A stretch of DNA of 56,780 bases, the filler included, from Squatina squatina (lineage: Eukaryota): assembly GCA_031763465.1 (NCBI GenBank). It is 4 parts of 4 records of this genome, joined end to end, with 100 filler letters (N's around TTAATTAATTAA, not from the genome) between each part and the next. Parts side by side here need not be neighbours in the genome. Positions count along the whole stretch, not along the records: positions 13,549 to 27,340 come from JARFOE010000072.1; positions 27,441 to 42,725 come from JARFOE010000219.1; 2 more parts are not named here. The stretch is one strand, 5' to 3'. Both the position numbers and the translations under genes were made by a program. This document shows, in pieces, positions 23,007 to 36,063 of this stretch; the first letter of the stretch is position 1; every line of letters starts with the position of its first letter. The notes under the pieces were generated by a model that did not search any database, was not told the origin of the DNA, and was given only the letters and a program-made list of their open reading frames with translations.

Positions 23007-25844
23007 ATTGTTCACATTAAACTCTTGGAAATTTCACTTCCGTTTTGCAGAAGTTGTTCAATATGTGAACTGTTTCTTTCTGCTCATCACTTGTTAAACC
23101 ATCTATGGTCCGGGAGAGGAATATTGTTTTTGCTTGCTGTCATTATTTGATGCTCCAGTAATGTGTGCTATGCAATAATATGACATTGTTAACATCTGTG
23201 CTGTGACAAAGAAGAAATTGAAGAGGAAAAGCTATTGTACCCATCATGCTCCTTATTCTGGTACTTCAACTCATTCAGTCTAGTATTGAACTCCATGTGC
23301 AATGTCCCTAATATTTTTCATTCTACTACCATACCTCATTTTTGTTGTTTAAATCTTTATGTACCTCAGAAACCACTGTCCCCCTTTAATATTCCCTCTA
23401 GTCTGTACAGCCTAACTTTCTCTTATCTTTCTTTATACCTCATTGGCTTCACACTTGGAACCAGTTTTTGGAAACAGATGCTTTTATTACTATTGACAAT
23501 ATAAGTTTCTTTTCCTTTTATATAAATAATTTTAACTGTTAAATAGTGTATCTGCCCTAGAGATTCAAGTAATTTTCAAGTGCCCACCAACTTATTTAAA
23601 TGAACATTCAACCTTAATATGGAAGATCCAGAGCATTCGCCGTAGACCTGTATTCATGCACATGCGGAACTTATAAGGCACTGTGGCCGTGATGATTTAT
23701 TGCAACACTTAAATGTTTTGTAAATAACTANNNNNNNNNNNNNNNNNNNNNNNNNNNNNNNNNNNNNNNNNNNNNNNNNNNNNNNNNNNNNNNNNNNNNN
23801 NNNNNNNNNNNNNNNNNNNNNNNNNNNNNNCTAGCCTGCTCTGTTCATAAGTTAGTTCAGTTTAATTTGAAATGTATTTGACTGAAAAGGTTGTTGTCAG
23901 TAAGCCCAGTCCTGAGCATCCATAAATCAAGATGTAAGGCTCAACATATCTTTGTACCTTGTACACTGAACTATGCACATGGTACATGATGCTAAGAATG
24001 TATATACATATTGTAACAGAACAGCTGAAAACAGAAAATGGTATTGCAGAGTCCTGCAAAAGAATAATGCCATTTTTTTCACCACCACCTTCAACTTAAG
24101 GAGATGGTGACAGAATAATAGCAAAATGTCTTTACTACGCACAGTTATGCGAAAGTTGTCTGAAGACAACAGCAATTTTTAAAGCTGAATACATGTGTTT
24201 CTTGGTGCTTTCACCCAGAACTGAATTAAAAACTCTAGTTGTGCTGCAGAAAATTACAGGATTACCAATAGGATTCTGTGCAAATCTGAGGGCCCACAGA
24301 ACTGTTTAAACAACTCTGGATTAGGTAAAACATTTTATTTATTTGACTCCATACAATCATACATGGACTTAGGCTGAAGCAGCATCAATAACTTGTATGG
24401 GTTTTCCATGGTTAGCATGTATTTATTATCCACTACTTTCTCGTCAGTGGTGACAGGGTATTGAGCGTACCATTGAGGTGGGAAAGACCTGTAATTCAAG
24501 ACCACTGCAGCTGTGAGTGAATCATGAGGTCTTTCTCATGTAACCAAACCTAGTGATGCACAGATGCAGGTACAATACAGTTTGAAAGGTTTGAAACAGA
24601 AATAAGTGGAGAACATATAGGTAGTAATAAATAAACTTGGCTGGTAAGATGTTTTCTTTCTAGTGCAATCCATTCTGATGATATTCAGAATTTTTGCTGA
24701 GCAAAGATCAAAATCAATACTGCATGCTTTGTGTGCTGACACTGTTGACATGGCTTTTTATCCTTGGGTTCTATCTCTGTGATTGGCAGAGATCCAAGGT
24801 CAAAGGGCAAGGGCTAGCAGCATGATTGAGCACATAAGCAGTGTGTTTCTTAAATTAACCTCCCTGGGGAAACGTGAACATCCTCATAATGGACACCAGA
24901 AGGAAAGAGATAAGCTTCCTTAACTCTTACCTGTGTGTTTGAACAGATAATTTTATGTCAACTATGGGATAGACGAGCTTTAAATAAAACTAAATTTTGG
25001 TGAATCTCTTAAGCTGATAGGCAATTATTCAATCACACATGGTACCTCTTAAGTTTGGGTGCTCTTGGTACTTGTAGTAATAATAATTAGGATTAAATTT
25101 GGTTTCAATTTCACAAAATATGACTAGAAGGCAATTTGTCATCCTCCTACCTCCTTTTTAAGAATCTGAGCTTGGACAAAGGCCAACATGATGACTTAAT
25201 CATAGAGTATCAAAGCTGTCATGCAGCCTGCTGTGTGGGGGCAGTTACCTTCCAGCACTGCATGTAGTGTCAAAAGATGTGCTGCTGTTGGAAAGAAACC
25301 ATCTTATGAGTTTTTCCACACTATCTGAATACTACACAGTAGCTCAACTCGCTGGCAGCACATCAGAGGAACTCTTAAGTCTTTGCCTGTGCTTAAACTC
25401 ATTTCAGTGATACAATGCCCACTCAAATAGTGTGTTCTTGTGAAAGAGCACATTAATTATAGTAAATCTGAGTTACTATTGCTGCTCTTGGAGGCATTAC
25501 AACTGCTGTTACAAAGAGTAATTTTGTGAGGGATGAAGGATTTATTTTGTGAGCCAATAAGGATTTTAAAATTTCTGTTTCGTATTCCCCCTGCACGTGC
25601 ACAATTCTGCAATGCAAGGATCTGCCTTATTACTAGCACTGTGTGAAGATTGTCTGCCTACCCACTGTGCAGCCTGCTGAGTGGCAAGGGTCAGAGGTCA
25701 TCTCAGATAGGATGCAGCTGTTTCATAATACCAGTGGCCAGCTGCGTTTCTTTGTCATTGCATTCTAACTCATGTCAGACCTCAAAAGTTCTTATAACTT
25801 AGGCTACAGCTAGGAACAAATGCTGTTTTGTCATACAATTACCA

Positions 25845-25928
25845 ATACAGAAAGTGGTGCAAATACTCAGCAGGTCAGGCAGTATCTGTAGAGAGAGAAA
25901 CAAGAGTTAACGTTTCAGGTTCTGACGA
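25845..25928 (-). mobile_element. Penelope-associated terminal repeat fragment
   Basis: CTCAGCAGGTCAGGCAGTATCTGT...GAGTTAACGTTTCAGG; same family as 36064; runs into a gap. Confidence 0.65.
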
Positions 25929-27340
25929 NNNNNNNNNNNNNNNNNNNNNNNNNNNNNNNNNNNNNNNNNNNNNNNNNNNNNNNNNNNNNNNNNNNNNNNN
26001 NNNNNNNNNNNNNNNNNNNNNNNNNNNNTTCTCTTTGGCAGGAGACTGATGCATTGCTTCTGTCCATGTTTCTATCTGTGACATAAGGTGACATCTCGGT
26101 TAGATGACCTGTCACTGAGAACCTCATACCTGGGATTTATACAACACTGACAGCTCAAATTTCAACAAAGGGAATGCAGCACATGAACAGTTAAACCAAA
26201 TTGCACCATTCCTTTGCTACGGTGGGAAAAAATATTTATTTCATTTTTAGTTATAAGTAGCTTTGTAGCATCTTAAGAACCTCATACTTCAAAGTAAAGC
26301 GGATTTTATTCCTGAATTTGTGTCTTTGTTCTGTCTTATCCCCTGCAGGGCATTGTGGGAGAATCTTCCCTCTGCAGGGATTGTGGGAACTTATAGTGAA
26401 CACTCATCATTGGTGACAAATCAATGGAGTCTTCAGAAACAGAAACCCCAGGCCTCCATCTGGTAGAGCAGCAAATCAGTGGGAATATTTCGAAAGAGAT
26501 AATGAATGGTGCAGGGATATGACTTGCTGAGTGGATGTTGGGAGTGAGAAGCTGAGAGAAGCTATTATTCCTCTTACTCCATAGTTTGTTTTCAGGCAGG
26601 AAAGCTCCAGTTATTTTTGATTTACTTTCAGCAGATGGAAATGAAGTTGACTGCTGTGTTGGGCTAACAAAGCAAGGCTAAAGCAGCAGTTTTTTTTATG
26701 AAACTGCTCCCCGGGGCCAGTAAATGGTTATTTGTGTTCTTGAGGCATATATGGGAAAGACGTGGTGCAAGCAACTTTTGCTTAGGAATAGTGTTCAAAG
26801 ACTATTTAAAACTGAAAATTGCACAGTGCCACCACCAAAGAACTTCTTGGGTTTCTTTTTACTGGTCTTCTATTCAAGGAGAACTACTGCTCTTCTCTGC
26901 TGTTTCGCCTAGCTCCTGTATAGTCTCCTACAGCTATGCTGAGGCCGTTTCGGTATCGGTGTTACCCTGCATACTGATGCAAAGTGAGTCTGTTCGGCTT
27001 TCTTAGAATTAGGTTCAGTCCTGCTCACGTGCCGCTTTCAGTTCTTTAAAGTGCCATTATCATTTAGCAATACAATTTACCAGCTTACAGAAGAATGTAA
27101 TGATGCAATCAACAACACCAACATGATTGTGATATTGCATTGTTAATCCTATGCTGGTTTATTGTTTAGTTATACAAAGCTTCAGGGAAGCATTGAAAAA
27201 TTGCATTGTTAGAAATTTCTATTCCACCACACCGCACCACACCGGGTAGCAAGGTTTTTTGGAGAGAGCTGTTTAGAACTGTTCCAGAAGCTGAACCTGA
27301 TTGAACGCTCCCCACTGAGATGGCAACAATACTTTATGGT

Positions 27341-27440
27341 NNNNNNNNNNNNNNNNNNNNNNNNNNNNNNNNNNNNNNNNNNNNTTAATTAATTAANNNN
27401 NNNNNNNNNNNNNNNNNNNNNNNNNNNNNNNNNNNNNNNN
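27341..27440. other. Artificial scaffold linker (44N-TTAATTAATTAA-44N)
   Basis: 12-mer at 27385-27396, centred in Ns. Confidence 0.97.
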
Positions 27441-27593
27441 ACCAGTTCTCAATCCATACCAGTATATTACCCCCAATCCCATGTGCTTTAATTTTGTACA
27501 CTAACCTCTTATCAAAGACCTTCTGAAAATCCAAATACACCACATCCACTGGTTCTCACTTATCTATTCTAATAGTTACATCCTCAAAAAACC
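27441..27593 (-). mobile_element. CR1 LINE RT fragment
   Basis: FFEDVT...VDVVYLDFQKVFDK...KIKAHGIGGNILVWIENW. Confidence 0.85.
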
Positions 27594-27597
27594 CGTT

Positions 27598-27660
27598 GTC
27601 TGGTGCTCTGGTGGTGCTGTCTGGTGCTCTGGTGGTGCTGTCTGGTGCTCTGGTGGTGCT
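27598..27660. repeat. Tandem repeat, 21 nt x3
   Basis: GTCTGGTGCTCTGGTGGTGCT, three exact copies. Confidence 0.9.
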
Positions 27661-28653
27661 AGCTTGGGTTGCCAGACGATTAGCTTGTGAGTTTCGATTC
27701 CAGCTTTAAAATATTTAGGCTCTACCTATTGTGGAAATCCTTACTCGTATTCAACCATGTTAACTGGGAGAGCACAAAGTAACAGATTGATACATCTGAG
27801 GAAGGAAAGGGTCACCCAAGACCAGCATGTTGCTTCAACAGAAGCTATGGTATCTGCACGCACGTAGGCTTTCTTTTTTATACTCGCTGAAATATTACCT
27901 TCCATTGTGGCTTGTAGCAACTATTTGTATTTAATTTTGAAGAAAAAAATATATAACTGAAATGTCAAAAATCTAAAGTTCCCTCACACCTCACCCCTAA
28001 GAATTGAATTTATATCATCGCAGCTCAATAACTCTCAGAAAATTCTAAATCAATTTTTCAAAAATTATACTTTTGTCTATTTTAGTTTTATTTCCCTACA
28101 ATGCTGCTCATGGAATATTTGATATAGCAGCAGCTTAAAGGTTCATATCCCACTGCACTCTCATCGTAATTATTTATTTTCATACGTCATGCACGAGGCC
28201 AAGGGTTTTAGTTTTCACAGATAAACAAACTGAAGAACAGAAGATGATCCAAAACTAATAAAATCCTGAAATTCCTATAAAGAGGAATGAATTTTCTTCA
28301 GTTGCCTTGAAACAATGGTCTTGGCCTCAGGCCTCTATTCAGCATTGTTTTTCAGTTGATTTTTTAATTTTGAATGATCAGCTTTTTAAAGTTTTGTAGG
28401 TTAACACATATGTATCTCCTCCCATCTACACCTCTTTCATTTTGTGTTTCACTCTTTAATCTTGTAGCCTACTTCAACCACTAGGTTCAGGCAGGCACTC
28501 CCAGGAGCATGCAGTTGTTAAATATGAAGTTGGATCTTTCTATCCCTAACCCTAACATCCAATTATTTTCTTGCAGCCTCCTCAGTTGGAGAAGTCTAAG
28601 ATGGAAGTGTCCCCAGTTTTTAACAACCTTGCAATGTATCTTCTGTGTTGCAG

Positions 28654-28784
28654 GAGTTTGGCCAGAAGGATCAGATGGAACTGACATTAATGCTGTGTGC
28701 AGATCCAATGATAAAAAACTATTATCTACAGGCGATGACTTTGGCAAAGTGCATCTGTTTTCATGTCCATGTTCACAGGCCAGG
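28654..28784 (+). CDS. EML1: EML1 penultimate coding exon (WD40/TAPE domain)
   Basis: (G)VWPEGSDGTDINAVCRSNDKKLLSTGDDFGKVHLFSCPCSQAR; NAVCR/KKLLSTGDDFG distinguishes EML1 from EML2/3/4; TTGCAG acceptor, GTATGA donor; 131 nt. Confidence 0.9.
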
Positions 28785-30589
28785 GTATGACTTCAATTTT
28801 TCAATATTCTTGATATCAATGTTTAAAAATTTCTCCCCCATCTTTACAAATTTGCCTCGCTTCTTTGGGTTGCTTTCCATATTGTCCATTCATATTCAAA
28901 GAGGTCAGTGTAGGTAACCTGCTTCTAGGCCACTGGGTATTGTGGGGGCCCAACTGGTCTGCTGTCGCGCCTGGGTAGCACCGAACCGTGGCGTTATCTG
29001 GGCGTGAAAGCAGCGTAAATGAAAATTTTTCAGATTTGGATAATTGGGCCTGACGCCCGGGTGGCGCTAAGGCCTCATCGCTGGCGCCAGGGTCAGACGC
29101 ACCACGTCATCAAGTCGTGCGCAACCCCTCTACGCCTGCCCGCAACCCCACTTTGCGTCGTTGCTTAGCTGCCTCTGAAATCGGAGGGCAGCTCACCGGC
29201 GAGGCCCCAGGTGTTGGCAACAACAGGGTTTATTCAGATTTATGAAATTTGTGATTATGCTGCACATATTCGCATCCTTGGGTTTGCGTTAATGCAAACT
29301 GATTGAAGATCTGATTCTCGGCTAAGACTGTAAAAACACAAAATCACCACCTCTGCAGGGAATAAGGATTGATCTGGACTGTTTATTAGTACAACTGTTA
29401 GTTTTAATTTATTTAGCTGAGCAATTAGGTTTGTTTAACAGTTAAGTATTGGAGTAGCCTGGTGTCACCTTTCACTACAGTACTGAAGATAGGGAGGAAA
29501 ATGAGACCTGTGGACTGTTTACTCAACTGTTTAAAAAATGCAGAATGTTGACATTTTGTAATTAGTGGCAGAACAGCGTAGTCAGTCAGCGGGAACATTT
29601 GAGTGACAAGAAACACTGGTTGGTAGGAGGACACTTTTTTTTATCAATGATTCCACCAGAGTGCCCTTCTACATAATAATCAGGACAAAACAGTTTACCA
29701 GTCTCTGAACTGTTGAGAAACACGGGTTTCGGATTTGATGGCACATAAACACTCATACGTTCGGATACATGTGATAAGTATGTAATACTGCAATACTGGA
29801 TTTCTACCAGACCATTTATTCAGATATGTAAATAATGAATCTCGATCCNNNNNNNNNNNNNNNNNNNNNNNNNNNNNNNNNNNNNNNNNNNNNNNNNNNN
29901 NNNNNNNNNNNNNNNNNNNNNNNNNNNNNNNNNNNNNNNNNNNNNNNNNNNNNNNNNNNNNNNNNNNNNNNNNNNNNNNNNNNNNNNNNNNNNNNNNNNN
30001 NNNNNNNNNNNNNNNNNNNNNNNNNNNNNNNNNNNNNNNNNNNNNNNNNNNNNNNNNNNNNNNNNNNNNNNNNNNNNNNNNNNNNNNNNNNNNNNNNNNN
30101 NNNNNNNNNNNNNNNNNNNNNNNNNNNNNNNNNNNNNNNNNNNNNNNNNNNNNNNNNNNNNNNNNNNNNNNNNNNNNNNNNNNNNNNNNNNNNNNNNNNN
30201 NNNNNNNNNNNNNNNNNNNNNNNNNNNNNNNNNNNNNNNNNNNNNNNNNNNNNNNNNNNNNNNNNNNNNNNNNNNNNNNNNNNNNNNNNNNNNNNNNNNN
30301 NNNNNNNNNNNNNNNNNNNNNNNNNNNNNNNNNNNNNNNNNNNNNNNNNNNNNNNNNNNNNNNNNNNNNNNNNNNNNNNNNNNNNNNNNNNNNNNNNNNN
30401 NNNNNNNNNNNNNNNNNNNNNNNNNNNNNNNNNNNNNNNNNNNNNNNNNNNNNNNNNNNNNNNNNNNNNNNNNNNNNNNNNNNNNNNNNNNNNNNNNNNN
30501 NNNNNNNNNNNNNNNNNNNNNNNNNNNNNNNNNNNNNNNNNNNNNNNNNNNNNNNNNNNNNNNNNNNNNNNNNNNNNNNNNNNNNNNNN

Positions 30590-30596
30590 CATTTAA
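30590..30596 (+). CDS. EML1: Probable end of the EML1 last exon (..C ATT TAA)
   Basis: First bases after the gap read C-ATT-TAA, fitting the recalled EML1 C-terminus ...WRVI*; the rest of the exon would be in the gap. Confidence 0.5.
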
Positions 30597-31590
30597 ACTG
30601 ACCTCCTGTCATGAAGTTTGCTTTGGACGTCACAGCAAATGTAACACACATGGGATGATTTTTGCCAGAAGTTTAAACTGCAACTAAAACGCGAGAGAAG
30701 TTCCTGCACTTTTACAGGCCACGATTTGGCATTTCTGTTAAATGTCAAAGATTTTATTTAAACCTCAGGAAAATCAAGCCTCTGCAAGGTTACTGGTGCA
30801 TGGTGTGGTGCGTGACTGTTTAACAGTTCTGACAGTCACTCCAGAAAACAGATGTGCTCCTGGTCTCTACAGGCTCCAATACGTTTCTCTGTGGTGAAGT
30901 GAGGGTATACTTTAATGTACAGTATTGTTTATACGTTTACCCCAACATAATGTCTGTAAACACAACCTTTCATTTTAAATGGCGGGAATAAGCTGTAATA
31001 AACTGTTTACTACCGATACTGTATGCACTAAATTTCTTGTACTGACAGCCTTTAGCAAACTTTGTGTATAATATGTCTAAAACCTATGTCACAGTCTGTT
31101 TTGTATCTAATTGTCAATCAGTTACTAAAGCATGGGGAGACTTGACTTCCAGTTGTCACATTGGTGGAAGCTGCAGTGTATTTTCTTCCCCCTTCCCCGG
31201 AAAGGAGCTACAGTGTCGAAGACAGTTATAATTTAATGGCAGAACCACTAACTAATGCACACTAAGCCTGCAGAGGCTGTTCACAGAGAGAAAAAGCCTG
31301 CACTTCTATGACTGTGCAACGTCTATTCCATCTCTTCCCTCACCCCCCACCCCACCCCAGCNNNNNATGTTGTGTGCATGGATATTTTCCCATTGTAAAC
31401 AAAGCTGTCTGCTTGTGAGGACTTAAGGAGGACAGGTGTTAGAAGGGGCTGGTGTGAAACAGCTCGCACTTTCAGCAACATTGAAATATGCGGTTTACAT
31501 TTGGAATGTATGTAGAGATTTTTTTAAATGAAAGTTATTGGTACATTCTCTAACACTAAGGTTCAAAGACTTGTTTTGTGACTGATCGTC

Positions 31591-31596
31591 AATAAA
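31591..31596 (+). promoter_or_regulatory. Candidate EML1 polyadenylation signal
   Basis: AATAAA about 1 kb after the putative stop, with GT/T-rich sequence downstream. Confidence 0.4.
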
Positions 31597-31789
31597 TTAA
31601 AATTGCTGAAAGGTATCAATGTGAATAGGTGTCTGTGCTCTTCTTCCCTTCCTCCAAACTACTTGAGATGAACAATATTAAAAATGTTTTCTTGTTTAAA
31701 CATTTATTGCTTTTGATGTAGCAATATGTTGGAAATAATGTGCAAAAATAGCCAGATAACACTGCATAAAACCTACATCCTGCATTTAA

Positions 31790-32343
31790 ATCCAACTACC
31801 ATAAATGTGGAAGCTGACTCCATGCTTTCAGGTGATTTCGCCAAGGGGTAGTGTATAAACGATGAAGAGGAGGGGTCCAACTATGGAGCCCTGGGCTACA
31901 CCTAAGATGATCATGTGGGGATGGGAGCAGAAGCCACTGAATGCGATATAATACTTATAATGTAACAAATAGGGGTGAAGCCATCACAGGGCAGTGTCAC
32001 TGACGTGGACTGGAAACGAGAGGGTAGAATTTCAGCGGTGGTTCTCCCAATCTCCTTCAGCGGAAACCCCAGAGAAACGGTGCAAACGGCTGTTTTTGCC
32101 AAGACCCCTGGGTTTCGCTGATCTTCCACCGAAGTTACGATAGCAGATCAGGGTAATGGACTCCCACGGAAACTTTACCCCAAGATGTTTAAGGAGGGTG
32201 GTGTGACTGATGGTGTCAAAGGCGGTAAAGAAGTCAGGGAGTGGCTCCAAGGATGTTACTGGTGATGTTCACCAGTGCCGTCCATGCTATGGGCAGAATG
32301 GAAGCCCAATTAGAAAGACTCAAACAGGGAACAGTGGCAGCAT
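31790..32343 (-). mobile_element. L2-clade LINE RT fragments with interruptions
   Basis: FTAFDTISHTTLLKHL and GVAQGSIVGPLLFIVYTLPLG...HGVSFHIY, degenerate RT motifs. Confidence 0.7.
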
Positions 32344-32464
32344 GGTTGCGAGGTAACAATGCGANNNNNNNNNNNNNNNNNNNNNNNNNNNNNNNNNNNN
32401 NNNNNNNNNNNNNNNNNNNNNNNNNNNNNNNNNNNNNNNNNNNNNNNNNNNNNNNNNNNNNNNN

Positions 32465-32905
32465 CCTTAAAGGGGAGATCCAGAGCGCTGGCGGCCACCA
32501 TGTTTTATTGTCGGCCGACTCTGTGGTCGGCCGACCGATGGTGGGCTGTGTCTCGACCGGACCACCATCCGTTTGCCTGGCACACTGACTAGCGTGCCGG
32601 GCTGGCGGCCTGGTCACTGGGGTCCCTGGTGGCCCAGTGGCAAGCCACGGGGTGCCGTTAAGTAGGCCAGCGGCACTTCCCCTTAAGGGAGGGGGCGGGG
32701 CCGCAGCTGACATCAGGAGAGCCGTGTTGTCAGCATCAAGCTCCCGACGTATGGGCACGAACACCAGATACCACCCCGGAAGTGAAGCGGACATTGCTCT
32801 GCCTTATTCCGCCACGGTATGGGAAATATCGCAGTATGGGCGCATCTTCTGGAGCCAGCGCAAAAAATGCCGTCCCCGGAGCTTTACAGTCCCGTGGGCG
32901 CCCTT
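32465..32905. repeat. GC/CpG-rich interspersed repeat, probably a non-autonomous DNA element
   Basis: Sharp CpG-rich block in AT-rich DNA; inverted CCTTAAAGGGGA / TTCCCCTTAAGG motifs; tandem GTCGGCCGAC palindromes. Confidence 0.45.
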
Positions 32906-33925
32906 GCGGGATTTCGCTCCCTCTGTCTCCTATCTCCCAACCAATTTCCAACCCAAAGGATAAGACTGCCTCCAATTCCGTGCACTCTCAGTTTTGCCAA
33001 TAATCTCTTGCGTGAAACCTTGTTGAATGCCTTATGGAAGTCCAGATAGGTAACATCCATAGACACTCTCTTATCTATTTTTTTGTGATCTCCTCAAACA
33101 ATCCAACTACAATAGTCATAGACATTTAACAAAGCCTTGTTGACTCTGATTTGCACATATTTGTTCAACTGCTCAGTCACTCCATCCTTAATGTCATATA
33201 CTAGTAGCTGACGTTAAACTGACAGGCCTGTAGTTACCTGGTTGCTCTCTCCCACCCTTCTTAAATAATGGAGTGACATTCGTAAATTTCCAATTTAACA
33301 GCACAGTTCCCAAATCAAGTTTCTGCAATTCCCTCATCTGCTTCTGCTAATACCCTGGGGTGGAACCTATCAGATGCTAAAGATTTATCTATCCTAAGCA
33401 CCATTATTTTCTCAATTAACATTTTTTTAACATCCTGTAAGTTCCACCCCTTGATTTATTTTTAGTTTCCCTTCAATCACTGGAATTTTATCTCTTCGTC
33501 TACTGTGAAAACAGATACAAATGTACTTGTTTAATAAATCTGACATTACCTTGTTGTCTATTTCAGTATCACATGTGTCTGTCTTTAATGGGCCGACATC
33601 TCCCTTAGTCACGCTCTTACTCTTAATATATTTATAAAAACATTTACTGTTAGTCTTTATATTACTTGTAAGTTTTTGCTCGCATTCCTTTTTTGCAGCT
33701 CTTAATATTTTCAGTGTCTCCTTGTTGCTTTCTATATTTCTCCCATTCTGCCAGGTTATCGCTTTTCTTGGCATTTGTGTAAGCCATTTTCTTTAGTTTT
33801 ATACTGCTTCTTTACCTCATATGTTGACCATGGTTGTTTGACTGCTCAAATGGAAATTTTGTTCTTTCAGGGTGTGCACTGGTCCTGTACTGTTCTAAAT
33901 ACTTATTTGACTATGTCCCACTGTT
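32906..33925 (-). mobile_element. CR1 LINE ORF2 fragment with internal deletions
   Basis: KKECEQKLTSNIKTNSKCFYKYIKSK...VGPLK, NYRPVSLTS, DVTYLDFHKAFNKV...VGNWLGDRRQR. Confidence 0.9.
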
Positions 33926-36063
33926 TGCCTGTAAGTTTGCCTGTTAGCGACTGGACCTACCTTAACGTGTTCAATTTACATGCCCAATCACACTTGCAAA
34001 GTCCTGAAGCACCTAGGAACACTAACAATGGCAAAACCTGGCAAAACTCAATACTTTGTGAGAGAGAAAGTACTTCCCCATAGGCCCTTCAGTCAAGCAA
34101 GAACACAATGTTGCTTTACTTCATGCAGTAAAAGTTCTGTTGTTCATATCTACCTTAATCAGCTTATAGAGATCAAAACCAACTCAGTGATGAGGCACAG
34201 TTCAGCAAAAATTCTCTGCCAAAGGGAAATTCTCAACATTCATTGAGCATTTGTCACTCAGCAGCAAACTGTGAATTCTTCTTCTGGGTGTTGGGAAGAC
34301 CTGTGCCCTGTTGTTGATCTTCCACTAGGTCCTCTAGCCGGGAATATAAAAAAGGTCTTCAACAGGAAAACCCGAGGCAGATGCTGGTGCTTCCACACCA
34401 CCAACATCCTGGAGTGTTGCAGAGGGTTGTATTAACATGGTCCAGCAGGCTATTGCCAACGTAAGCACCAGTGACCATTTTGACAACTGTTAAAAATGTC
34501 AAGCATGGTTACAATGCAGAATACCGTGCCTGCACTGTATGTTGCATCTCTGGTCACTACACTGCTGCCAAACCAGCAACCCGCCTTCATGTTGTTCTAG
34601 GATGTTGCCATTGAGAATTCTCTCAAGTCCTCGCGAGAATTATGGGGTAAGCAATCACTTCTGTGACTCAGTTGGCTCTCAGTCGGCTCTTTATCCAGTC
34701 TCACTTCATGGAGGATGCCTGGATCAACAGATCCTCCCAAAGCTCCNNNNNNNNNNNNNNNNNNNNNNNNNNNNNNNNNNNNNNNNNNNNNNNNNNNNNN
34801 NNNNNNNNNNNNNNNNNNNNNNNNNNNNNNNNNNNNNNNNNNNNNNAGCTGTGAAATGGTAGCTTTTGTACCACTTCAGCAGCTGTCAGCTAGTCAAAGG
34901 AATGGAGACTGACTGTGAACATGTCTTCACTTACCTGACGGGTAATCCCACAGTAACTTGGCAAAATAGGACTTTACTTTTAATAACCTTTTAATGAGCC
35001 TCAAAAGATCTGTTAAGTGCCTTAATGATCTGTCCCGCCGCTTGCTGTCGAGTTTGACAGCTGGGAAACTGACAAGGGGGTGGTATCAGTGTGGCAATCA
35101 GACCCGTTGTCAATCAGGGCCATTTTGCCCCCAAACTCGCCCTCTGAGTGTGGTCAAAATTCTGGCCAGTGCCTGAGAGACCATTTAAAACTTGCACATG
35201 CAAGAACATTGTAGGGAGTATGGTTGAGCATCAGAATTCATCAACTGGTCTGTCAGCACAGTGGAGCTCCCATTGCCACTGGCATGTTATTAGATTTATT
35301 GATCTTGATCCAGTGAGCCAGTATGAATTTTGGAGTTGTGCAGACCATCATTATCTCCAACTTGTTTGGATTAAGGAAAGCAAACTGAATTGCATTGAAC
35401 TAAATTGGCGCAAAGCCTGTTGTACCTGTGACAGAATTTTGCTTCATCTGTTTTGAGAAAAAAATGCTTGATCCACATTTCGTAAGAGTTTTCTTGTGAT
35501 TTGCACATTGGCTGATATTCTATTCCATGTTTGTTTGCTCTATTGTATTAAACCTATGTTGTGCCACTGAAGAGCTACCAGTCACATTTCACTAAGTCTA
35601 TGGTGGCATATCTAGTGGGACTGCCATGAGATAAAAGACACTGCCTCCAATCAGACCAAAAGTGTTATAAACTAAATGTTCATTTTTAAAGCCCAAATAT
35701 GCATGCTTATTTACGCAGTGCATAGGTGTTTGGACCATCCTGGTGCCTTTTTGAAACCACATTGTGATCCTCAATGAGTGGAAGTGGTCTCTGCAGTTTT
35801 AATGTGCGCCTATGAGGTAATTTCTACCTTTGTGCCCTGACAAGATTCTGAGGCAAAAGCTTGCTGGATGCATATTTTAGGTACCTCGCTTATAATTATG
35901 TGGCAGCATGAAATGGTTCATTATGCCACCAAATGACAGTAGTTTCAGTGCAGTGACACATTANNNNNNNNNNNNNNNNNNNNNNNNNNNNNNNNNNNNN
36001 NNNNNNNNNNNNNNNNNNNNNNNNNNNNNNNNNNNNNNNNNNNNNNNNNNNNNNNNNNNNNNN

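Noticed and set aside
27598-27660. CRISPR-like array
   Set aside because: Head-to-tail repeats with no spacers, in eukaryotic DNA
34170-34400. Possible Harbinger transposase N-terminus on the minus strand
   Set aside because: Only a faint resemblance (LSDKC...FAELC); no DDE motifs
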